A program made the translations under genes and the position numbers. 64,000 nucleotides of DNA, taken from positions 224,001 to 288,000 of the forward strand of contig CAWJSK010000019.1 in the NCBI GenBank assembly GCA_963845535.1, written 5' to 3'. Below the pieces are notes generated by a model. That model was not told where the DNA came from. It saw only the letters and a program-made list of their open reading frames with translations, and ran no database searches. This document shows positions 1-8,520 of the stretch, in pieces. Each line of letters opens with the position of its first letter. Position 1 is the first letter of the stretch. This stretch comes from an uncultured Spirochaetota bacterium (GTDB lineage Bacteria; Spirochaetota; Spirochaetia; SZUA-6; Fen-1364).

Positions 1-1
1 A

Positions 2-1497
2 TGCCTCTGCCTCACCGGCGCCACTCTTGAAGAAGACCTCGCGTTTGTCCAAAAGTACCGCACGCACGTGGACCTGCTTGAGCTGCGGGCTGATTTCCTT
101 CGGCCCGAGGAGGCTGCTCGGGCCGGGGAGCTGCCCGGAAAGGTGGACCTGCCTGTCATCCTTACCGTACGGCGCGAGCAGGAAGGGGGAAAGTTCACGG
201 CGGAAGAACGGGACCGAGTGCAGCTTCTGTCTCGCCTGGGACCCTCGGGCTTTGCGTTCGTCGATCTGGAGGAAGACCTCCAGGCCCCGGAGCTGGACAG
301 GCGCATCCGTGAAGCAGGAGCCGGCGTCATCCGATCTTTCCACGACTTTCATGGCGTCCCATCCGATCTGGCCCGACGGCTGGCGGCCCTTGCGCGAAAC
401 GCGCGGGAGATCCCGAAGGCGGCGGTCACGCCGCGCGGCGCGGCTGACTTGGGGCGGCTCCTGGAAGCGTTCGAGACTCTCGCGTCCATTCCGAAGGTGC
501 TTCTGGGAATGGGGGATTACGGCTTTCCCTCCTGCGTGCTTGCTCCGAAGCTGGGGTCCCTGTTCTGCTACTCATCCCCGTCGCAGGCGATGGCGGCGCC
601 GGGCCATGTCGATCCGCAAACGCTGGATGGGCTTTACCGCTATCATCGCATTCGGAAGAATACGACGGTGTTCGGCGTCATTGGGAACCCGGTCATGCAT
701 TCCCTTTCACCGCTGATCCACAACGCCGGCCTGGCGGCTCTCGGGGAGGATGCGGTCTATCTTCCGTTCCTCGTCGACGAGTTGGAGCCGTTCTTCCGCG
801 CCGCGGACTCACTCGGCGTCCAGGGCCTTTCGGTCACGATCCCGCACAAGGAAGGCGTGATGCGGATGCTCGCGCGCAAAGGCCCATCCGTGGCAGCCAT
901 AGGCGCCTGCAATACCATTCGTCGCGAGGCTGGAGGCACGTGGGAGGGGACGAACACGGACGCGGCAGGATTCCTGGCGCCTCTTCTTCAGGCTTTCCAC
1001 GGCGCTTTCCCGCCAGGGCTCAGCGCCACCGTCATTGGGCCGGAGGAGCTTCACGAGCAGTAGTGCACGCGCTTCTGGGCCAGGGGGCGCGCGTGCTCGT
1101 GCTGAATCGGACGGTGCTTCGAGCGCAAAAGCTCGCGGAGGATCTCGGCGCCCGCGCGGCTTCGGTCCTGAGCGCCCCGCTGGATGAGTCCGGTCTGAAG
1201 CTCATGAGGGATTTCACGGACCTTATCGTCCAAACCACACGGGTTGGAATGTCGCCGAACGAGAACGCGGACCCTCTGACGGGCTATCGATTCACTGGCT
1301 CCGAGACTGTCTATGATCTTGTCTACGCTCCTGAGACCACGGCATTCCTGAAGCGCGCACTGGCTGCCGGATGCACCGTCGTTCGAGGCGGCCAGATGCT
1401 CCTGGCGCAGGCGTTCGAGCAGTTTCGCTTCTTCACGGGATGCGATTTTCCAGCGCACGCGAGGCAAGGGCTTCTGGCGCGCATGAGCGCGACTTGA
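2..1497 (+). CDS. aroE: Bifunctional type I 3-dehydroquinate dehydratase / shikimate dehydrogenase (5' end outside window; apparent 1-nt frameshift at ~1037-1039)
   Basis: Frame 2 reads CLCLTG..DLLELRADFL..EGG..RSFHDF (AroD), then GVIGNPVMHSLSPLIHN, SVTIPHK, NTD (AroE). The NAD(P)-binding motif VIGAGGASRAV is split between ORFs 68..1063 and 940..1497 and is restored by adding one G to the GGG run. Confidence 0.9.
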
Positions 1498-1519
1498 GAA
1501 TTTTTTCACGATATCGCGC

Positions 1520-1547
1520 TTGACTCTTTTTTCAGAGTCCGTATTAT
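1520..1547 (+). promoter_or_regulatory. Putative sigma70 promoter with overlapping inverted repeat
   Basis: TTGACT (1520-1525), 16 nt, TATTAT (1542-1547). The inverted repeat GACTCT-N6-AGAGTC (1522-1539) overlaps the -35 and spacer. Confidence 0.55.
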
Positions 1548-1582
1548 TATGCAAACTTTCGCTCAGGAGAAAGAGGTAGACG

Positions 1583-2659
1583 ATGCCGCACAAGAAGCTG
1601 TTCATTCCCGGCCCCACAGAGGTACATCCGGAGATCCTCGCGGCCATGGCCACGCCTATGATCGGGCACCGCAGCTCGGACTACAGCGAGCTGCAAAAGC
1701 GCGTCACGGAAAAAGTCCAGAAGCTGGCATTCACCTCGAATCCCGTCCTGTTCTCGGCATCCTCGGGAAGCGGCCTCATGGAAGGCGCCATCCGCTGCAG
1801 CACGGCAAAGCGGGCAATCGTGTTTTCCGTGGGAACGTTCGGCAACCGCTGGTTCGAGATCGCGCAGGGCAACGGAGTCCCCGCGGACAAGCACGAGGTG
1901 GAGTGGGGGAACGGCCTGATCCCTGGCAAGGTTGATGAGTACCTCTCCACCGGCAAATACGATTGCGCCACCATCACGCACAGTGAGACCTCTACCGGCG
2001 TCATGAACCACCTCGAAGAGATGGCCTCGGTGCTCCGCAAATATCCCGACGTGGTGTGGTGCGTGGACGCCGTGTCGTCTTTCGGCGGGGTCAAGATCGA
2101 CGTGGACGGCCTGGGCATCGACATCATGGTGACCTCCAGCCAGAAATGCCTCGCGCTCCCCCCGGGGCTCTCCCTGGCGACATTCTCTGCGAAGGCGGAG
2201 AAGCGCGCGCAGAGCGTGAAGAACCGGGGATCCTACTTCGACCTGCTGCAGCTCCTGCAGTTCATCCGGGAAAAGAACTTCCAGTATCCTTCGACCATGA
2301 GCGTGTCGCACATGTTCGCCCTTGACCGCCAGATGGACCGCATTGCGAAAGAAGGCGTGGATGCCCGGTTCAAACGGCATGAGGCCATGGCCTCCGCGGT
2401 GCAGGGATGGGCCAAAGAGAAGTTTGCGCTCTATCCCGATGAGAAGTACGCCTCCCGGACGGTCTCCTGCATCAAGAACACGCGCGGCATCTCCGTCGCG
2501 GACCTGAACAAGGAGCTGGGAAAGCGGAACCTGACCCTGTCCAACGGCTACGGCAAGCTCAAAGAGCAGACGTTCCGCATTGCGCATATGGGGGACCTGC
2601 AGATGGCGGACATCAAGGAGCTCCTGGACGCTATTGACGACATCCTGAAGCTGAAGTAG
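1583..2659 (+). CDS. PLP-dependent aminotransferase class V (serine-pyruvate/alanine-glyoxylate family)
   Basis: LFIPGPT, HRS, HSETSTGV, VDAVSS, SSQKCLALPPGL (PLP lysine), FRIAHMG; GAGG SD upstream. Confidence 0.9.
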   Translation: MPHKKLFIPGPTEVHPEILAAMATPMIGHRSSDYSELQKRVTEKVQKLAFTSNPVLFSASSGSGLMEGAIRCSTAKRAIVFSVGTFGNRWFEIAQGNGVPADKHEVEWGNGLIPGKVDEYLSTGKYDCATITHSETSTGVMNHLEEMASVLRKYPDVVWCVDAVSSFGGVKIDVDGLGIDIMVTSSQKCLALPPGLSLATFSAKAEKRAQSVKNRGSYFDLLQLLQFIREKNFQYPSTMSVSHMFALDRQMDRIAKEGVDARFKRHEAMASAVQGWAKEKFALYPDEKYASRTVSCIKNTRGISVADLNKELGKRNLTLSNGYGKLKEQTFRIAHMGDLQMADIKELLDAIDDILKLK

Positions 2660-2660
2660 A

Positions 2661-2709
2661 CCTAGCACGGCCCTAGCACGGCGAAGCCGTGCGGAGGCCG
2701 TCAAACGGC
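2661..2709 (+). terminator. Tandem GC hairpins and 11-bp direct repeat downstream of the aminotransferase
   Basis: CCTAGCACGGC x2 (2661-2682); hairpin GCACGGC-GAA-GCCGTGC (2676-2692); hairpin GCCGT-CAA-ACGGC (2697-2709). No U tract. Confidence 0.4.
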
Positions 2710-2717
2710 TGTTCGTA

Positions 2718-2746
2718 TTGCAAAGTGATCCGGCGGCGACTATACT
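2718..2746 (+). promoter_or_regulatory. Sigma70 promoter of a probably leaderless gene
   Basis: TTGCAA-17nt-TATACT-7nt-ATG(2754). Confidence 0.65.
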
Positions 2747-2753
2747 TGAGCGC

Positions 2754-3002
2754 ATGGAGGAGCGGAAAGCCTGCCTTTTCTGCGGAAAAATCGTCGACGG
2801 AAGCTACCAGTACTGTCCCCACTGCGGCTACGAGTTCGGGGAAGGTGAGGAGCTGTCTGCCCTCCTCGAGGAGACCATGGCGGACGCTTCGGCGGACGGA
2901 GAGGGAAACTACCTGCTTCGCCTCCGCACGCTCCAGGATCTGCTCGCCGACATGGAGCGTGAGCTGGACCTCATCATCAGGACCTCTTCAAAAGGTCCTT
3001 GA
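2754..3002 (+). CDS. Small zinc-ribbon protein with C-terminal coiled coil
   Basis: CLFC-x9-CPHC motif followed by a helical heptad tail; 3' end overlaps the prs 3' end. Confidence 0.7.
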   Translation: MEERKACLFCGKIVDGSYQYCPHCGYEFGEGEELSALLEETMADASADGEGNYLLRLRTLQDLLADMERELDLIIRTSSKGP

Positions 3003-4206
3003 TGACGCTGCGGTCATCCAGCAGGGAGCTCAAAGACCTCCGGTAATGCAGCCGATAGATGATCCTCGCGAACAAGTGCGTGATGTCCGCGCTGATGTAC
3101 CATTCCCGACCCAGGACCGACTCGTCATGGTAGACGGCGTTGGTCCCGATGATCCTGTAGAATAACCCCTCGTGATACGCGTTCTCGAAAGTGCCCACCG
3201 CTTCCGCGGTGAACAGCGGCAGGCTTACCGCGCAGATGATCTTTTCCGCCCCGTACTCCCTGAGCTTGCGCATGGCCTTGATGAGGGTCCCTCCCGTCCC
3301 GAGCATGTCGTCGCTCATGAACACGGTCTTGCCGGCAACGGAACCGAGGAGCTTCATCTCGGTGATGTTGCCGTTTTCCGCGCTCTGCGCCACGCGGGAG
3401 TAGTCCCGTTCCTTGTACAGCATGGCAAGCGGCTTGCTGAGCACGGAGGCGAAGAACTTGTTGCGGTCCACCGCTCCCGTGTCGGGGGCAACCACCACGA
3501 GGTCTTCGTCTTTCAGCTCCGTGAGCCCCGCGAGCGCCTTGATGATCTGGTATCCGCCGTGGAGGTTTTCCAGCCGGAGCTGGTTGAAGCAGTTCTCGAT
3601 CTCCTTGGAGTGAATGTCCAGCGTGATGATCCGGTTGACGCCGAAGGCCTCGAGCATCTGCCCGACCCGGGCGGCGGAGAGGCTTTCCCGTCCTTTCTTT
3701 TTGTGCTGGCGGGAATAGGGGAACGTGGGCAGGATCACCGTGACCAGGGCGGCTCCCGCCTGCAACGCGGCGTCCACCGTGACCAGGAGACAGAAGAGGT
3801 GGTCGTTCACGGACAGCTCGTGGGGCTCATCCGTCTTCTGGAATTGCAGCGGGTAGCGGTTGGAGACGTCCTGGACGATGTAGATCTCCGTGTTCCTCAC
3901 CGACATGAGGATCTCCGTCTTGAACTCCCCGTTGGGAAACCGCGTGTACTTGGCGGGCACGAGGACGATGTTCGAACGCTGCTGGTCTATGGGCTCGTCC
4001 ATGTAGCCCGCCGTGGGAAGGATGTCGGCTGCAAGGTTCATCTGGCGGATGACCTCAGCGCGCGGGATCTGGTAGGACCTGGACAGGATCTTCACGCGCT
4101 CCTCGAGCTTCTCCCGAGAGATGGTCTCCAGGTGGCCGAGGATTTTCTGGGCAAACGTCATTCCCCCCGGGCAGGGGAGTATGCCGATCTGAGCCAGCTC
4201 AGCCAT
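2977..4206 (-). CDS. prs: Ribose-phosphate pyrophosphokinase
   Basis: RFPNGE, PYSRQHKKKGRE, TLDIHS, VAPDTGAVDR, DDMLGTGGT (PRPP loop). Start MAELAQ at 4206 overlaps the upstream stop. Confidence 0.93.
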   Translation of the reverse strand: MAELAQIGILPCPGGMTFAQKILGHLETISREKLEERVKILSRSYQIPRAEVIRQMNLAADILPTAGYMDEPIDQQRSNIVLVPAKYTRFPNGEFKTEILMSVRNTEIYIVQDVSNRYPLQFQKTDEPHELSVNDHLFCLLVTVDAALQAGAALVTVILPTFPYSRQHKKKGRESLSAARVGQMLEAFGVNRIITLDIHSKEIENCFNQLRLENLHGGYQIIKALAGLTELKDEDLVVVAPDTGAVDRNKFFASVLSKPLAMLYKERDYSRVAQSAENGNITEMKLLGSVAGKTVFMSDDMLGTGGTLIKAMRKLREYGAEKIICAVSLPLFTAEAVGTFENAYHEGLFYRIIGTNAVYHDESVLGREWYISADITHLFARIIYRLHYRRSLSSLLDDRSVIKDLLKRS

Positions 4207-5155
4207 GTGCGGGAGCGAAAGCGGGGGAAGAAGCGGAAAAGAAGGCGACTGTCCTGGCCAGGCCGCCGTCCAGGTCACAGCCCGGCTTCCACCCGAGGAC
4301 TTTGGCGGCCTTCGAAACGTCAAGGCAGCTCCTGCGGATGTCCCCTGGTCTGGGCCCCGCCCGCGTATACTTCAACTCCTTTCCCATGATGGAGCAAAGG
4401 GAAGCCAGAAGCTCGCGCGTCTTCACGGGCCGGCCGGTCCCGATATTGATGGCCTGGCCTTCCCCTTTGTCCAGGGCCAGGATGTTCGCTTTAGCGCAAT
4501 CCTCGACAAATACGTAGTCCCGCGACATCCCTTCTGGATCCTCGGAATACGCATTTATGGTGGGGATTTCCCCCTTGAGTATCTTCGATATGAATATCGC
4601 AACCACGCCCGCTTCGCCGGCAGGGTTCTGGCGGGGCCCGTAGACGTTGGCGTAACGCAACGCCGTCCAGGGAAGCTTGTACTGGTGCCCGTAGAAACGG
4701 AGGTAGTTCTCCCCAAGGAGCTTGTGAATTGCGTACGGCGACTCCGGAGCTGGGGGATGATCTTCCGGAATCCTCTCCAGGGCTGATTCGCCGTAAACTG
4801 CGCCTCCGGAAGAGATGAATATGAACTTGCGCACGTTCGCTTTGCGGCTGTTCTCCAGCACGTTCAGAAGGCCCAGGCTGTTGATCCTGGCGTCCAGAAC
4901 GGGGTCACGGGCGGAGACAGTCACGCTCATTTGCGCCGCGTGATGATCCACGACGTCGGGTTTCTCAGTCTGGAAGACTTTCTCCAGAAGGGGCGAAGCG
5001 ATGTCCATGAGATAGAAGGGCACTCCCTTGGGCAGATTGGCCGCGCTCCCCGTGGAAAGGTCATCCACGATGACCACGGAGTGGCCCGCTTTCAGGCACG
5101 CGTCCGCCACGTGGGAGCCAATGAAGCCGGCTCCCCCCGTTATCAGGATTTTCAT
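4199..5155 (-). CDS. NAD-dependent epimerase/dehydratase (UDP-glucose 4-epimerase-like SDR)
   Basis: MKILITGGAGFIGSH, SSGGAVYG, YAIHK (YxxxK), RYANVYGPRQ, RDYVFVED. Confidence 0.9.
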   Translation of the reverse strand: MKILITGGAGFIGSHVADACLKAGHSVVIVDDLSTGSAANLPKGVPFYLMDIASPLLEKVFQTEKPDVVDHHAAQMSVTVSARDPVLDARINSLGLLNVLENSRKANVRKFIFISSGGAVYGESALERIPEDHPPAPESPYAIHKLLGENYLRFYGHQYKLPWTALRYANVYGPRQNPAGEAGVVAIFISKILKGEIPTINAYSEDPEGMSRDYVFVEDCAKANILALDKGEGQAINIGTGRPVKTRELLASLCSIMGKELKYTRAGPRPGDIRRSCLDVSKAAKVLGWKPGCDLDGGLARTVAFFSASSPAFAPAHG

Positions 5156-5161
5156 GGTGAG

Positions 5162-5191
5162 ACTGTAGCATCGGCGCCGAAAGGGGGTCAA
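5162..5191 (-). promoter_or_regulatory. Sigma70 promoter of a probably leaderless gene
   Basis: Minus strand TTGACC-18nt-(TGc)TACAGT-6nt-ATG(5155). Confidence 0.55.
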
Positions 5192-5293
5192 GGAGAGCGC
5201 GTTTCGGCGCGCGTTCGCTGCGCGGTTCAGGCGCATTCCAGGCGCGGTTTTCGCTGAAGCTTTTCCCTGCCGGTTGCCGAAGATTGTAGTTGG

Positions 5294-7576
5294 ATGAGGA
5301 AATCACTGTTCCTCCTATTCTTCTCAGCGGCATCAGCCTGTTTCGCCCAGGTCACGTTCTCAGGGCTCGACCTCTCACCGAAGGACAGGCTCCTCTTTGC
5401 CGCCTCCGCCCTCTATCCCGATTATGGAACGTTCAACACTCTTTTCCTGGCTGATGCCCGCACGAAAAAGATGCGCGAGCTGACGTGGTTCCCCGAGGAG
5501 GTCCTCCTCCTGCAGGACAAAGACGTGCTGCAGATCCAGAACCGCTACGGCGTGTTCCGCTCTGGACCGGGGTTCACGAACATCGCGCCGCTGTCTATTT
5601 TTCCTTCCTTCGTGGGAGGCAGCCAGGTTCAGTCCGGCAGGATTCCCCCCATGCAGACCTCCCCGGACGGCAGGTACCTCCTTTTCACGCGTCCGACCTC
5701 CACGGCGTACGGGGACCTCACGCTCATCGACGTGTCGACTGGCGCCCAGAACGTCGTTTCCACGCACGTGGAGCTGTCCCTCGAAGCGCTTCCCGCGCTC
5801 TGGTCTCCCGACTCGCGCTTCATCGTGTACAGCAAGGACGCCGGCCTGTACTATTTCTCCCTGTCCCAGATGCGTGAAGGCCGCGTGTTGACGGAATCCT
5901 TGCGCCGCATTGGCGACGGCACCACCGCCAACGTGGCGTGGAGCAGGGACAGGAGCCTGGTCTACATCTCGGGACTCATCGTCTATGACATCGACCCGAG
6001 CGAGCTTTTCACCCGGGCGCTGTACGCCGGGTTCCTCAACATCGGGAAGGTGGAGGGGAAGATCCCCTTCGATTTCGATTCGAACTTCGACTCCTTCTGG
6101 GTGTCGCCGGACGGGAAGAACCTCCTCCTGAACAAGGGAGGGCGGAACCTCTTCCTGTACTACCTCTCCACGGACGACTTTCACGCCAACGGCGCGCCGC
6201 TCAACCTGCCGTACCTGTATCTGCCCCGTGACACGATGGTGCGCAAGGTCGTCTGGTCCACGGGCAACATCGTGACGATGCTCTGCGAGACGCGGTCCGC
6301 CGGCGTGCGGGGCACCACCGTGTTCCGTCTTTCTCCTGACGCCGACGGTCACTACGGCAGCTTTGTGCAGACCCCGGATACCGGGGTGTTGGACATCGTG
6401 CTCTCCCCGGATGAGAGCCTCGCCGCAATCATGGAGGCTGACGCCGTCTCCTGGCGGGACTACGCCACCTGGAAAGAGAAGGGCAGGGCAGCGCACCCGT
6501 CGCCGCTGCACGTGGCATGGCTGGGTGAGGACCAGCTCCTCACGGCCGGGGCGTACTTCATTGAGCGGCTCTCCCTGGACACGGGGACCTCGACTCTTAT
6601 TGGACTGTCCCAGCCGGGTCAGTACGGTTTTACCGCGGATACAGACCAGGTGGAGACCTCCGTGAAGGGGCGGTCACTCGCCCTCGATGAGTCCAGCGGC
6701 TCGTGGAATCCCGCCGCATCATTCCAGGTACGTACGCCTCCGGGCTCCGCCACGGAGGACCTTCGCGTGTACCTGGAGAGCTCCGCGCGCGGCAGCTACG
6801 CCAACCTTGTCATGGTCCGTGACGCAAAGGGGTACGGGACGACGCCGCTGTTTCCCCCGGAAACGACGGTGTACGAGCCGTTCCCGACCGCCGATGAGCC
6901 GGTCAGCTTCACGAACTTCACGCATGGCTCGCGGATCCACAGGCGCGAGGTCAGCCTGGTGTTCAACGCCGTGGATTCCGCGGAAGGCCTGACGGGGATC
7001 CTCAACACGCTCTCCGCGTACCGCATCCGCGCAACGTTCTTTGTGAACGGGGAGTTCGTCCGTCGCTACCCCGATGCCGTGCGAGAGATTGCGCAATCCG
7101 GCCACGAGGTCGGGTCCCTTTTCTCGACGTACTTTCCGATGACCGATTCGCGCTTCGGCGTGGACCGTGACTTCGTCAAGGCGGGCCTGGCGCGCAACGA
7201 GGACGACTACTTCGCCGCCAGCGGCCGCGAGCTTTCCCTCCTGTGGCACGCGCCGTACTACATCGTCAGCTCCGCGATCATTGCCGCCGCGGCGGAGATG
7301 AACTACATGTACGTGGGCCGGGACCTCGACACCTACGACTGGGTTGCGGCGACCGACTTCAACAGGGAGCGGGGAATCTACTTTCCCACGGCGCGGCTCG
7401 TGGAGCGCATCATCGCGCAGAAGAAGCCTGGTTCGATCATCCCCATCCAGGTGGGAATGGTCGGCGGCCCCAGGGACGACTATCTTTTCCAGAAGCTTGA
7501 TCTCATCATCAACGAGCTCAGCCTTCTCGGGTACCAGATCGTGCCGGTCTCCACGCTCGTGGAGCATGCGAGGTAG
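5294..7576 (+). CDS. Exported beta-propeller protein with C-terminal polysaccharide deacetylase (NodB/CE4)-like domain
   Basis: Signal peptide MRKSLFLLFFSAASACFA; repeated WSPD/SPDG propeller turns; C-terminal RATFFVNGE..YPDAVREIAQSGHEVGS and GSIIPI. Confidence 0.75.
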   Translation: MRKSLFLLFFSAASACFAQVTFSGLDLSPKDRLLFAASALYPDYGTFNTLFLADARTKKMRELTWFPEEVLLLQDKDVLQIQNRYGVFRSGPGFTNIAPLSIFPSFVGGSQVQSGRIPPMQTSPDGRYLLFTRPTSTAYGDLTLIDVSTGAQNVVSTHVELSLEALPALWSPDSRFIVYSKDAGLYYFSLSQMREGRVLTESLRRIGDGTTANVAWSRDRSLVYISGLIVYDIDPSELFTRALYAGFLNIGKVEGKIPFDFDSNFDSFWVSPDGKNLLLNKGGRNLFLYYLSTDDFHANGAPLNLPYLYLPRDTMVRKVVWSTGNIVTMLCETRSAGVRGTTVFRLSPDADGHYGSFVQTPDTGVLDIVLSPDESLAAIMEADAVSWRDYATWKEKGRAAHPSPLHVAWLGEDQLLTAGAYFIERLSLDTGTSTLIGLSQPGQYGFTADTDQVETSVKGRSLALDESSGSWNPAASFQVRTPPGSATEDLRVYLESSARGSYANLVMVRDAKGYGTTPLFPPETTVYEPFPTADEPVSFTNFTHGSRIHRREVSLVFNAVDSAEGLTGILNTLSAYRIRATFFVNGEFVRRYPDAVREIAQSGHEVGSLFSTYFPMTDSRFGVDRDFVKAGLARNEDDYFAASGRELSLLWHAPYYIVSSAIIAAAAEMNYMYVGRDLDTYDWVAATDFNRERGIYFPTARLVERIIAQKKPGSIIPIQVGMVGGPRDDYLFQKLDLIINELSLLGYQIVPVSTLVEHAR

Positions 7577-7588
7577 AGGGGGAATACG

Positions 7589-8017
7589 GTGAACGCGAAT
7601 GATCCAGTCCATGCGTACAAGGAAACTCAGATCAAGACGGCCAACCAGATCAGGCTGATCGTCATGCTGTATGACGGGGCCATACGCCACTTGAACCTGG
7701 CCCTGGACTCCTTCTCCGAGGGCCACCGGCGTTATGACGTGATCAATAACCACATCATTGCCGCACAGGACATCCTTTCCGAGCTGACCGCGTCCCTGGA
7801 CTTCGAGAAGGGCGGTATGCTCGCGAAAAACCTGTTCAGCCTCTACAGCTTCATGAATCGGCAGCTCATGGAGGCGAACATGAAGAAGGAGCCCGGCCCG
7901 CTCTCTATCGTCAAGAAGCATCTCAGCGAGCTTCGGGAGGCGTGGGAGGAGATCTCCACCCGCAAGGGCCTGGAGGAGCGGGGTGGGGCAGTTTCCGGTG
8001 TGAATATCGCGGGATGA
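7589..8017 (+). CDS. fliS: Flagellin chaperone FliS
   Basis: AYKETQIKTANQIRLIVMLYDGAI, ILSELTASLDFEKGG..AKNLFSLYSFM, ELREAW. Confidence 0.93.
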   Translation: MNANDPVHAYKETQIKTANQIRLIVMLYDGAIRHLNLALDSFSEGHRRYDVINNHIIAAQDILSELTASLDFEKGGMLAKNLFSLYSFMNRQLMEANMKKEPGPLSIVKKHLSELREAWEEISTRKGLEERGGAVSGVNIAG

Positions 8018-8031
8018 GGAGGGGAGCTCCG

Positions 8032-8520
8032 ATGAACGAATCGAACGCACAAGCCATGGACCAGACGAACGTACGCGACATGAAAACTGAAGAGAAAATC
8101 GCGCTCTTGAAGCGGCTGCGGGAAATGCTGCAGCGCCAGCGGGAGAAGTTCCAGGGCTACCTCGCCCTGCTCGAGCAGGAGGAGTCCTCCATCCATTCCG
8201 GAGACGCCGACACGCTCCTTGCGCAGGTTGAGATGGAGAAATCGATCATCGCGGACATCTTCTCCCTCAAGAAGGTCATCGAGCCGTTGGAGACACTGTA
8301 CCAGGCCGCGTATCCGCGGACGGAGCAGACTGTGCCCCGCCTCAAGGCGACACTGGAGAAGATGAGCGAGCAGGTGATTGCCCACAATGAAAAAAACAGG
8401 ATGCTCCTGAGGGCGAGAATGGATGACCTGCGCCAGGAGATTGCCTCCCTGCGGGCATGGCCGCGATCCGCGCCCAGCTTCTCGCAGGCTGCACCGGGGC
8501 TCGTCGACATCACTACATGA
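8032..8520 (+). CDS. flgN: FlgN-like flagellar export chaperone
   Basis: All-helical ~160 aa protein directly after fliS, with NEKNRMLL motif; ATGA overlap with polA. Confidence 0.65.
   Translation: MNESNAQAMDQTNVRDMKTEEKIALLKRLREMLQRQREKFQGYLALLEQEESSIHSGDADTLLAQVEMEKSIIADIFSLKKVIEPLETLYQAAYPRTEQTVPRLKATLEKMSEQVIAHNEKNRMLLRARMDDLRQEIASLRAWPRSAPSFSQAAPGLVDITT

Noticed and set aside
1037..1040. Programmed ribosomal frameshift between aroD/aroE parts
   Set aside because: The break falls inside the Rossmann GAGG motif, there is no slippery heptamer, and the same indel pattern recurs at four other sites.
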